This document shows positions 47,801-57,800 of a stretch of DNA of 64,000 nt, piece after piece. Source of the stretch: a virus. Position 1 is the stretch's first letter. Every line of letters starts with the position of its first letter. Under the pieces are notes generated by a model. That model ran no database searches, had not been told where the DNA came from, and saw nothing but the letters and a program-made list of their open reading frames with translations. The stretch is taken from positions 5,673-69,672 of the IMG/VR virus record IMGVR_UViG_3300031857_007891; one strand, 5' to 3'. The translations under genes were made by a program, and so were the position numbers.

Positions 47801-50800
47801 CTAAGCCATATGTAAATAAGATTAGAGTTACTACAAGTGATAATAGAAACCTGATAATTAATGGGGTTCCTTATAGGAATGACAACATTAATATTATGGA
47901 TGCTCTAGAACTGGATATGGTGGCAATGTCAGAAGATGGCCAAATCCCAGTAATAGCAGTTAATCTTACAAACAAAGCTGGTCAAAAGGTTAGGTTTGCC
48001 ACAGAACAAGATCCAATCTTAGCACAAGAACTTGCTGAGGTTATAATGACTGGGTATATTTCTGAGGGTACTATAGATACTGTAAACATGACTAGAGAGG
48101 AAGCTGAGGATAGAGCAAATACTATTCTTAAGCTTTCTAAGAAAAAAGAAAATGCAATACAGACTAAAACTAACATTAAAGCAGAAAACAGGCCAGATGC
48201 TGCTACCTATGAATTTGCAATCAAAGAAGTTCAAAAATATTTAGATGGATTATTCGAAGCTAAGAAGCTTTTAGAAGATGCATATAAACGAGACGGCCAG
48301 CCTGACTCAGTTGTACAAGGTCTTGAGAATTACCAAACTTTGGTACAAATGCTTGAGACTTATACAAAAAAGCTTGCAGATCTTCAAAAGTCTCATAGGG
48401 AAATGGTAGGCATACCTAACCAGGTAGATCCTACTATTACTCCAGGAGAATTAAACAATCAGGATTCTATAGAGATTAACAATGAAGTTGGTAGTCTAAA
48501 ATCAATGTCTCAGAATCTAGATGTTAAGATAGCTGCTCTTAGAAATTTAATACAAGGGATTGATACAGAATCTGGAGTAGGTCAAGAAGAGTTGAAAAAG
48601 CTTCAGGAGTCTCTAGACCTAGCTATAGAAGAACAAAGACAACTGCAAAATCAAATTAATAAATTATCACAAGAAGATGAAAGTAGAAAATCAAGTGAGT
48701 CTAGTAAAGAAACACAAACTCCCGAAGGAACTCAGGAACCTACTGCGGAACAAGGAGATAACGCAGAGGCTGAGGGAGATGTTCAAGTACCTACGACAGA
48801 AGAACTAGATATTAATGATGAGGAAGAAACCGGAGAGATGATCTTCGGAAGTGATTCATTTAGTTCTGTTGATTTATTTGCAGAAGAGACTGACGATGTA
48901 GCTATCAATCCAGTCTTTGAAGAAGATGATGAGGAAGGGGTTGAAGATATTGTAGATGAAGATATCCCAGTACGTGAGACAACTGTTACAGTTGTTGATG
49001 AAGAAGAGACAGAGATAAATGAAAATGCAGGAGATATAGATGCCAGGATAGTTAAGAATGAATATGGAACTACTGATGACTATAACAATATAATTATAGA
49101 CACAGATGGTACTCCTACTAAGAATGAAGACTATCATGGAAATGGAAAGAGGCCTGAAGAACCTGGATATAAAGAAGGAAGAAGGCAGAAGAATCTTAAG
49201 GGGCTAATTATTCCTATAGATCCTAGAATCCTTTCCTCACATATAGACTCCCCACAAGGAAGTGAAATTGAGTTTGAGGTTCGTCCAGATACTATGTACT
49301 GGAATAAAGTTAAAGATGCTATCCCTGCAAATAGACACTGGGAGAGTGTACCAATCTTTGTACGTGTTAAAACTCCTAATGGTTTTGAAAGAGTCGGGAT
49401 GTTGGAAGGTTATAATCCTAATAAACTAGAAAAAAATATAAGTCGTAAGGAAATATATGAAAACTTCTTAAAAGGAAAGAGAGTAACTAGTACTATAGCA
49501 GGTAAGAGAGGAATTCATAACTCTCAGAATATTGCAAATGCTATTGATAAGAATGGAGAAACATTCTTCTATAGTCCATTTCAAGATGGAGCTATGCCTA
49601 CTCTTGCTATTGCCACTCCACAGAAAGAGAGTGGTATGAGTAAATGGGAGGTATTCCTAAGAGGAGATAATGTAACAGAAGAAGATGAAATCCCAAGCTT
49701 TCAGGCTGACAGAAAGCATCTAGGAAAGGTAGCTATGATTGTTAGGACTCCATTAGGTGGGTTTAAGCAATTATTCCTTACTACTAGAAGAATGACCCAA
49801 GCAGGCTTAGATGCTGCAAAGATTGCTATTATAAAAGGAAGACCTGAGAAAGCAGATGATTTGGTAGGTTTTAACTTAATTGCTGAGATGGCCGTTAATT
49901 TAAGTAGAACGGACATGGTATTCTCAGATAACATATCTGAATCAGGATCTGAAATTCAAGAAAGATTATATACTTTTTATCTCCCTAAAGCTGAAAGTTA
50001 CATAAGAATAAACAATGTAGAGTTAGCAAAAGCTTTAGCTAAACAAAGTTTTAAATTTAGTTTTGTAAAAGCAGTAGTAGGAGAAAAGGGTGGAATAAAC
50101 TGGGACCCAGATAAGACTAAAGCTAAACTCCATAAACTTGTACAAGGTGATGTAGTTTCTGCTTTCGAGGAAGCAGTAATGAGAAGAAGATATCAAGTAA
50201 ACGGATTTAAACTTGCTTATAATGAAAAATTTGAATCTCCATTTTTAGATCCGAATACAGCAGAGGGTAGAGTATATAATTCATATATTGAATATCTTGC
50301 TGATCCTGAGGCTATACCTGATATTGATTCTGATAGCCAATCTCATACTGGTATTCTAATGTCAGATATGTACCTGAATGAAGATGGAAGTCCATACTTT
50401 GATATAGGGATTACTTATGGTCCAATGACAGTAGATGGTAAGAAGCTTAATAGTAGTGAAGAAACTATATCTGGACAGTCTGCTAATGCTAAAATAACTC
50501 CTGAGGAGGAAGAAGAAGATGATGAGTATGCTGATGACAATGATGATGATGATGAGTCTACGGATTCAGAAGATGAGGATGATGTTAACAATAGCATCTT
50601 TAGTGCTGTAAATGGAAATGAAGAAGTACAAGAAGAGGAAGAAGTACAAGATGAAACAACAGGATCTACTACAACAACCGAAGATCTACTAAAAGCAAGA
50701 GGTCTTGTATCTGAGGTAGAAAAAACTGAAGGAGAGGAAGAAGAACCTCAAATTGCTAAAGAAGAGGAAGATACCTCTGGATTAGAAGATCCACTCATTG

Positions 50801-51885
50801 CCAGACTGATAGAAGTTCAGAAAAATGAGTATAAAGGGATGTTTAAAGATACGGTTACTGGGGAAGAGACTCACTACAAAATTCAACCTAAAGGAGATCC
50901 CACAGATAGAAAGTTTGCTCGTATCTCAAGTTTTGCTACTGAACCATTCAAAGGAGATAAACAAACTCAGATAGCTTCTAGTAGAGCAGGTGTTACAGTA
51001 CATGATATTGTAGAATCTATCTTGATGGGGAAAACAGACTTTACTCGTGGAGATAAAATGAGTCGTGTAGCATTCCTTGAACTCATTAGTCAAGTAGCAG
51101 ATATAAAAAGATTGATTGTAAAGAACAAAGAAACAGTTCTTGCTACTGAAATGATTGTTTATAGGGGAAAAGATAGCAGATATGATGGGGAAGAATTTGC
51201 TGGTAAGTTTGATATCCTTGTAAAAAAGCCAAAGAAAAGAGGAAAGCCTACTGAGTATCACATCTACGATATAAAAACTGGATCAGAAGCTAGCCTCAAC
51301 TCTTATGATAAAGGGTATACAGATCCAAAGACTAAGCAAGTTTCTAAAAGTAAAAGAGACCAGCATGGCACTCAACTCAGTCTGTATGCTTATTCTTTAG
51401 TAGGCTTAGGTGACTTAAAACCAGCTAACATCACAGGTAGTGTTCTATTTATCCCAGTAAGATATAATACAGAAGGGTATATAGAAAAAGTATCTAACAT
51501 GGCTGAAAAGAAGTTTACTTTAAACTTTAATGTGAAAGAGTTATTGAAAGGTAACGTATCTTTCGAGCAGAAAAGAGTAAACACTACTTCTGATCCTAGT
51601 ATCAATAATGCTGGTAAAAGTAAAGGAAGCACAAAGGCTACTACTAAAGGTGCTGCCCCTAAGGGTGAAGAGACAGAAGCAGAAGCAGAGGCGGAGTCTA
51701 TCAAAAAAACTAAAGACAGTGGATTTGTAAAAGGAGACGTATTAGATGCAGGTTTGAAGATAGCTATAATGAGTGATGCTATAGATGCTGAAGGTATTGT
51801 TAGTTTGTATAAATCTCAAAATAAAACTATAAGCCTAGAGGAAGCGCAGAAGTTAATGGATAAGGTATTGAAAAAAAATTGTTAA
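44875..51885 (+). CDS. giant cargo protein with N-terminal membrane-like helices and C-terminal PD-(D/E)XK nuclease domain, 2336 aa
   Basis: NFW.DK..NGLG, E...EA, EAFQEGAQ, GALIGG motifs; acidic linkers; G..VH..E, E, AGKFD, IYDIKTG, QLSLYA nuclease motifs. Confidence 0.8.
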   Translation: MEENPYLAQIAKDTGLAVDTNPSDTSKYSDNPYLQQIQKDSVKPLEITTSPDKYMSGLDQAAGIINVTNRYQDSLANYAKYDVGLSPFGEDWNEIRANNQGVGEKIGRGLLKMGATMSGAIAENTIGVFSGLASMTTGGTYADNAVGRSVDEMNEWMAENLPHYYTQKEQDPDRSMLSALGTANFWTDKFANGLGYSLGSLATVWATGGTGLIGRAVGMVGKGIATFGEAAAVGKIATTGDKLKKIYEASKMIKTGAKLSDDVGKAAKIARGLNAAKHLEVGAMMSLAESSVEAREKSKEFVREQFEAWEEANPGKSAQQDMSVEERQAILDSARAVENTAFGLNMAILMPTNLFTFGSMLGGSKKLAGIPVGESLTDDIIKQGDKYVLKTPTTSFGKTLQKVNKFSSPIYQNSLNEAFQEGAQYAIGVGASEYFKNKFDTGSGDIAGAFMKGMSETFGSADGRESMLLGALIGGGMGAVSTTVGAEASRRKTVAANTEALLNIKNSATFTNLAASAEQNDEILRTITGITAANQMGNYKVANELRKQLIAQRAAKFQALDAEDLALEEFDDLEKMSEEEFMKRTGYDTTKTEDGKLKSIFSEQSGGKSHVQVVQELKEEYKKAAKLNRDLDSIIQRVNPIQTGLPGLLQSKEQKAADATQRLYNQRLKAIMMQHMVGIDTRDEEIDSSINELRKLSPEGPDSFASISKNDILALVKKNKITMSASGEIQFPKSVVSTTITDTDTEEEKARKKAEAQSPEGKREKKEEDDDNKVLSKLEKAIIYAQNLDPLAKIKFENELANLFTGLRMREESIAAFEELMTSPERRDLAILAKQSAKIEAKIANDNKEASVVIDEARSTADLDALINTDTLSPELKEKLLRKYKELEEVEDRYAEDFNILTDDHLKDLMVGIEEIKESDPQKAVALMRVVAARAGETKAQKEARVAANDKQKEAQAAAEASVAGLGASQANTPNAKPYVNKIRVTTSDNRNLIINGVPYRNDNINIMDALELDMVAMSEDGQIPVIAVNLTNKAGQKVRFATEQDPILAQELAEVIMTGYISEGTIDTVNMTREEAEDRANTILKLSKKKENAIQTKTNIKAENRPDAATYEFAIKEVQKYLDGLFEAKKLLEDAYKRDGQPDSVVQGLENYQTLVQMLETYTKKLADLQKSHREMVGIPNQVDPTITPGELNNQDSIEINNEVGSLKSMSQNLDVKIAALRNLIQGIDTESGVGQEELKKLQESLDLAIEEQRQLQNQINKLSQEDESRKSSESSKETQTPEGTQEPTAEQGDNAEAEGDVQVPTTEELDINDEEETGEMIFGSDSFSSVDLFAEETDDVAINPVFEEDDEEGVEDIVDEDIPVRETTVTVVDEEETEINENAGDIDARIVKNEYGTTDDYNNIIIDTDGTPTKNEDYHGNGKRPEEPGYKEGRRQKNLKGLIIPIDPRILSSHIDSPQGSEIEFEVRPDTMYWNKVKDAIPANRHWESVPIFVRVKTPNGFERVGMLEGYNPNKLEKNISRKEIYENFLKGKRVTSTIAGKRGIHNSQNIANAIDKNGETFFYSPFQDGAMPTLAIATPQKESGMSKWEVFLRGDNVTEEDEIPSFQADRKHLGKVAMIVRTPLGGFKQLFLTTRRMTQAGLDAAKIAIIKGRPEKADDLVGFNLIAEMAVNLSRTDMVFSDNISESGSEIQERLYTFYLPKAESYIRINNVELAKALAKQSFKFSFVKAVVGEKGGINWDPDKTKAKLHKLVQGDVVSAFEEAVMRRRYQVNGFKLAYNEKFESPFLDPNTAEGRVYNSYIEYLADPEAIPDIDSDSQSHTGILMSDMYLNEDGSPYFDIGITYGPMTVDGKKLNSSEETISGQSANAKITPEEEEEDDEYADDNDDDDESTDSEDEDDVNNSIFSAVNGNEEVQEEEEVQDETTGSTTTTEDLLKARGLVSEVEKTEGEEEEPQIAKEEEDTSGLEDPLIARLIEVQKNEYKGMFKDTVTGEETHYKIQPKGDPTDRKFARISSFATEPFKGDKQTQIASSRAGVTVHDIVESILMGKTDFTRGDKMSRVAFLELISQVADIKRLIVKNKETVLATEMIVYRGKDSRYDGEEFAGKFDILVKKPKKRGKPTEYHIYDIKTGSEASLNSYDKGYTDPKTKQVSKSKRDQHGTQLSLYAYSLVGLGDLKPANITGSVLFIPVRYNTEGYIEKVSNMAEKKFTLNFNVKELLKGNVSFEQKRVNTTSDPSINNAGKSKGSTKATTKGAAPKGEETEAEAEAESIKKTKDSGFVKGDVLDAGLKIAIMSDAIDAEGIVSLYKSQNKTISLEEAQKLMDKVLKKNC

Positions 51886-51886
51886 T

Positions 51887-54800
51887 ATGACATTTTGCCC
51901 AAACAAATCACTTCCTGAATGGAAGGCATTAGAAGAATCTCAACCCGACAGAGCTTACTATCTGTGGAATAAATATAAAGGAGAGGTACCTAGTAAGTTC
52001 TACTATCCTAAAGAAGTAGATAGAAAAGAGAAAGCAATCTCTTATCTATCTAAATTGTTTCCTGGAAAGGAAACTATCTTCTATGACTTTGCCAAAGAGA
52101 TAGGGAATAAAACTCAGCATGGATATGTTGAGAATGGAGCAATTAACATGTGGACCTCAGCCGAGGCTGGTACTGAATATCACGAAGCTTATCACTTGCT
52201 ATTCAGGACAATGCTGTCTGAAGAGCAAAGAGAATCTTTATATAAAGATGCTAGTAAGGAATTCGGTGCCCCAACTAAAGAAGAGATTGAAGCTATTAAG
52301 AAAGAGATTCTTAGCTTATATGATGTAGAGCTTGGGGATGAAGAGGCTACTAAGTTAGTACTTGAGGAAAAGATGGGGGATGGCTTCATGGAGCACATGC
52401 TTACAGAGGAAGAGAGTAGCAGAGGGATACTAGCTAGTATTGCTAAGTGGTTTAGAGATTTGTTTAGCTGGATAAAAGGTTTGATCTCTAACAAAATTGG
52501 ACTTAGAGATCTGTACTCTCTTATGGAGACTACCAAATCCAATGATACTTTCCTTGGTAGAGGAGTATTTAGAAATCCTCAAACTATGAATAGCACATAT
52601 AATCCTAGCAGACTTATAGAGGGAATCCCTAGTGCTACTGTAGATAAGATGGTAGATGGTTTAACTACTATGGCTATTAAAGAGATAGATAACTGGGATG
52701 TAGCTGAGGTAGCTAAAATACTAGGAGATGGTAAAAGAACTAATGGCTCTATAGTAAATGGACTGCTGTATCAGATTTATGAATTTAAAGATGGGAGAGT
52801 TAAAAGCAAAGCTGATATTGGTGTGCTGCAAAAAGCTTTTAGTCTGGAACTAACATTAAAAAATGCAGAACTAAAATATAAGTCTCTTGTAAAACAAAAA
52901 CTTACAGATCAAGCTAAAGCCTTCAAGCCTGAGCTAGATGCTGCTATAAAGAATCTAGCAAACTATACTAATGAGAAGGGATTAAAAACAAAAAACTTAG
53001 TCCTTGTAAAGAAAGGTGCTAGTAAAAGAGATAAGGATATTGCAAGAAAAAAGAATACTCGTCGTACTCAGATTATGCATGTTATACAAAACTGGTACGG
53101 TAAAAAAGATCAAGCTACTGGAAACACATTAGTCCCATCTTGGAGGGCATGGATTATTGACGAGCTCAATGCCAATCAATATAACATAGTAAAAGATGTA
53201 ATCAAAGAGTCAGTTAAATCTACAAACGAAGAAGGTGATGCTGAGGATGGTGTTGTAGAAGCAGATGATGCAGGGGCAGAAAGAAAAGAAATTCATGGAA
53301 GAAGTCACTTTGCTGACTCTCCAGCAAATAAACTTTCTCAAAAAGCAAAAATGCTTTTAAGAAGTATACCTATACTAACACCTGAATTATCACCTGATTC
53401 TGGTAAAATTATTTATAAGCCTTCTAAGAATCCTGTATTTACTAACATAACTCAAACATACTCGTTAAGATATGTATACAAGCAGCTCTCAGAACTATGG
53501 GCAGACTCTAGAAGTTTTGAAGAGATGGAGGCTAGGCTTATAGAAAAGAGTAAGTATAGACCAGACTATGCTGCAATTAACCAACGTGTTAAAAACTTTA
53601 ATAATCAAGAGAGAGCATTATTATATCATTCACTTGCATATACCTTAGCTGAATTCAATCTCATTATTCTAGGAGAAAAAGGCAAGGTTATGAATGCCAA
53701 CAGTTCGTCTACTGAGTCTAAAATTATGTCACAGTGGACTAATCAGATAGTAGAGGTAGAAGGGCAATCAGAAGAAAGTGGTCAATCCAATAGAGCTGTA
53801 TATACTAAAACTTTTGGAGAAGAGGATGATGAGGCTACAGCAGAGTTTGCTGTAAAAGACTCTAAGTATAAAGCAATCAAAGATGCTCTTGAGAAGACAT
53901 ATAAATTCTATACTAAGAAGTATAAAGATGATACTACAGCTAATGCAGCCTTTATTGGAAAAGAGGGGGCAATAGGTTCACCTGCATGGGAGCTGGGAAG
54001 TCTTATATGGGAGTTAGGTATGAACCTAGGAGATAATATAAGCAAGCTATCTACTATTAGAAATATACAATCTCTTATAGATAATGGATTTACAGCCACA
54101 GTTACAGAAGGTAAAAGAGTACGATCTCAGAAATTTATAGGACACTTAGCATTTCAAAAAATATATGAGCTAGGTAGATTAGAGGAAATAATTAAAACAG
54201 GTGTTGCTACTATAGCTCCAAGTGGTAAAGAGATTAATATAAGTGGTAAGTTAAAAAATCCTACCCCATTCTTTAACACTCAGAAAGGTGGTATGAAATT
54301 CCTTGCAAGTCTTGCTCCAATGTTCATGAGTAGATCTGCAGAAAGTTTTGTAACCCCTGTAAACACAGCTATTTATCCTGTAAATATGCCTACCTCTATA
54401 TCAGAGATGGTGACAGAGGTAAAGGCAGATTTAGAAAAGAATGGAAAAGAGGCATTCCAACTATACCGTGAGGATAAGTTTATATTTCCTCCAGGTATGG
54501 AACCAAGCCATATGTTTAATCACTTGCTAAATAATGAAGATTATCGTAGTGAATTTAAGATTCGTCCTACTGTAGGTATAAGAAATCCATCTGATGAAGG
54601 ATTAGAGTATGAAGATTTTAATGACTTAGATTTTATTCTTACTAGAATAGAAGCATATCACAATAATGGGGATTCTAAATACTATTACTGTACTACTCCA
54701 TCTCCTGGGGATAGAGCACGAAATGATATGGACTTACTCCCCAGAATAAATGGTCACCGTTCAAGTGGATTTAATAAAACATATGCAGACGTATTTAGGG

Positions 54801-57800
54801 ATGCTATCTTACAAGACCTATTTAGAATCAAGCAGGCTAAAGAAACAATAGCTAATCCTAATGCTATAAAAATCCCTGACTATCATACAGGGGCCATGAG
54901 AGGAATCAGTGATGAGTTTATGCAGTTTGATGGAATAGATGAACTTGGAAATAGAATCGTTAAGAATAAATACATCTCTGGCAAAGCTGGTGGAAGAGAC
55001 ATGTCTGATTTAGTTGAAAGCTACCTTAATCATAAGAAATTAGGGATGGCTTTATCAGAAGACTTAAATCAGTTTGAAAGAAACCTTACAGAAATGATTT
55101 CTGGTCTAACGGGATTTTATCAAAACCAGGCAGAAAAAATTGCTGAACTTATTTTAGAATCTGATAGAAAAAATAATCTGAATGCAGATCTATTGAACAA
55201 GTGGGGTGTAAAAGGAAAAGGATCGAAAAGAGAAGAATTTATTGAAGGAGCTAGTAAAATGCTCGTAGACTTTCTTATCCACGAGGACCTAGGAAGAAAT
55301 GAGTTTATAAAATATACTAGAGGTAACAGAGCTCTCTTTAAAAATATAGAAGACTTTACTAAACGTCAAAGACTTATGAGTACCCCTTATGCTAAACTGG
55401 CTGAGAAGGGTACACTTGGTAAGGAGTCTAACAGAAATCCTACTTGGATGGATGAGGAATATGGTGCTGATAGAACATATGATGAGATGGTGTTTGAAGA
55501 TCCAATGGGTCAGATTACCCAAGCAATAAAAAATCGTATGAATGCTTGGACAGAGAGAACAGCTGCACAGCTTATTAAATCTGGATACTCCCCAGAAGAA
55601 GCTGCATTTACTGCACAGTATATGGCTGGTGAGTTTGAAGAGTATGATGGCTTGACAATAATCTCTATTGACTGGTTAAAGCAAATCATGATGGGTCAAG
55701 GAAAGTGGTTTGAATACCATGAGATTGCTTACAAAAACTATAAGAAAGATCCAGAAGGAAAGTTTGTATATCCTGAAGGGGTTGAACTACCAAAAGGAGT
55801 AAAGGCTGGAGAAGATATAGCTAGTACACCTTACAAACCATTTGCACAAGAAGTTAAAAAGGTTAATGGTACTATTGCTTCTGATATAACTAAAACAGCT
55901 TACTTTCTTGCACTTAAGTCTTACACTAAAGCATTCCCTATCATGGATGACATGAGAATGAGAATGGAGGCTAACCCGCTAGAGGCTGATAATCCTTATT
56001 CAGGTATGAAGAAAATTCATACTTCAAGTGCAAAGTCTAGTAAGAAGGGGTTACAGTTAAACGTATTTGATATTAAAAACTGGTCCTCTACAGAAGGAGG
56101 ATTCTTTGCTAATGTAAAAGCCAATACAAACTCCACATCTAAACTTGGTTTTCCTCAGACTATACCATCTGCAAAAGAATATTCCCAAACTATATTCGGA
56201 AGACAGGTTAAAAAGAATGCCATTGCTAACGTAAAACCTGATGAACTATACTATTATAATCCAGGAATAGAAGGAGAGACTGAAGTTGTTGGTGAAGACA
56301 TGACAGCTTTATACCATGCTGCTATTGAAGAAAGGCTTAGAAGAGATTTTGAAAAAGTAAATAAGCAGATAGGTTTGACAGAATTCAAAAAGGTAGTAGA
56401 GAGACTTAAGTCTCAAAATATGAATATCGATGCAATAAAAGGAGCTCAAGACTTTAAAGATGCTAAAAGAAAGCTACTAAAGAATATTAGAACTCTTATA
56501 GAAAATCAAGCTATTGAAAGAGAAATGAGTGATACATTCATGAAAGCTCTTGATATAACTATTGATGCTAACGGTATTACAAAGTTTGCTATCCCACTTG
56601 ACTTCCCTGTATATGGTACAGCTTTCCAGAGTGCATTATTTAGCATATATAACAACAATGTATTTAAGCAATACCTATCAGGATATGAGGCTGTACAAAC
56701 TGCTGCAATAGGAGGGTTTGAAGTAAACAATACTCTTAATTTCTTAGAGATTGTAGATCATCCTTCTAACAAAACAAGAGGCACACGACTAGCTCATGCC
56801 GAGATTATGGTTAGAGAAGATATACTTAGAAAGTTTGGGGTAGAGCCTGGGGCTGACTTAGATGTTAACAACATCCCAGAAGAACTTAGAAGGATCATCG
56901 GTTACCGTATCCCTAACCAGGATAAGGCTTCTACAATCATCTTTAAGATTAAAGCTGTTCTTCCTGCTGGATATGAAAAAGCAATTGTTGTCCCACCACA
57001 GCTTGTTAAGCTTATGGGATCTGACTTTGACGTCGATAAAATGTTTCTTCTGTTCCCTGAGCTTAACGACGAAGGTACTGCTAAGGTTAAACCTAATTAT
57101 AGTATCCTATCTAAGACAAAAGATGTATCTAAGGTTAGTGATAAAGAGTTAGCTAACATTATGCTTGATACAATCGAAGCAGTATTCTCCTCTCCAGAAC
57201 ACTACCTGGAAACACTAAGACCACTTGATGATGAAGTTCTTAAAAATATAAGAACTAGTCTAATAAAATTAAATCCTGAACTAATGCCTACTACAGTGTT
57301 TACTGGTGCTATGTATGAGACACAGAGTGCTATAAGAAACATGCTTGGTAACAAACTCAGAGGTTTATGGGCTAATGCAATGGCTGGAAGAAACGTAGCA
57401 TCTGTATCAGATAACTTCAATCTCCAGTCAGAGTTTGCAATTAAAATTGCGGGACAGTTAATCAATACGAAGTTCTTAAAAGAAATCCCAAAAGGAAATG
57501 ACTTCGTTAAAAAATTTGGGGTAAGTCCAGACTCTAGTCACAAGTATGACTTAGGTCTTACCACAGATAGAATAAGTAGCCGATATACAACTGCTGCTGT
57601 GGATTCTACTAAAGCTCCATATCACTACATTGTAAATGATAACATCATCACATTTCCTGTAGAGCTTTTATGGGTGCACTATCATGGGGACACTGAACTC
57701 TTACACCACTTCCTTAATCAACCAATCATTAGGGATTTTGTAAAGATTATGTCCGACGAGTTTAATGATGACTTATCTTCAATTAACATAGCTTATAGAA

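Noticed and set aside
50900-51530. Cas4 / CRISPR adaptation gene
   Set aside because: Lacks the Fe-S cysteines of Cas4, is a domain of a 2336-aa protein, and has no cas genes or array nearby
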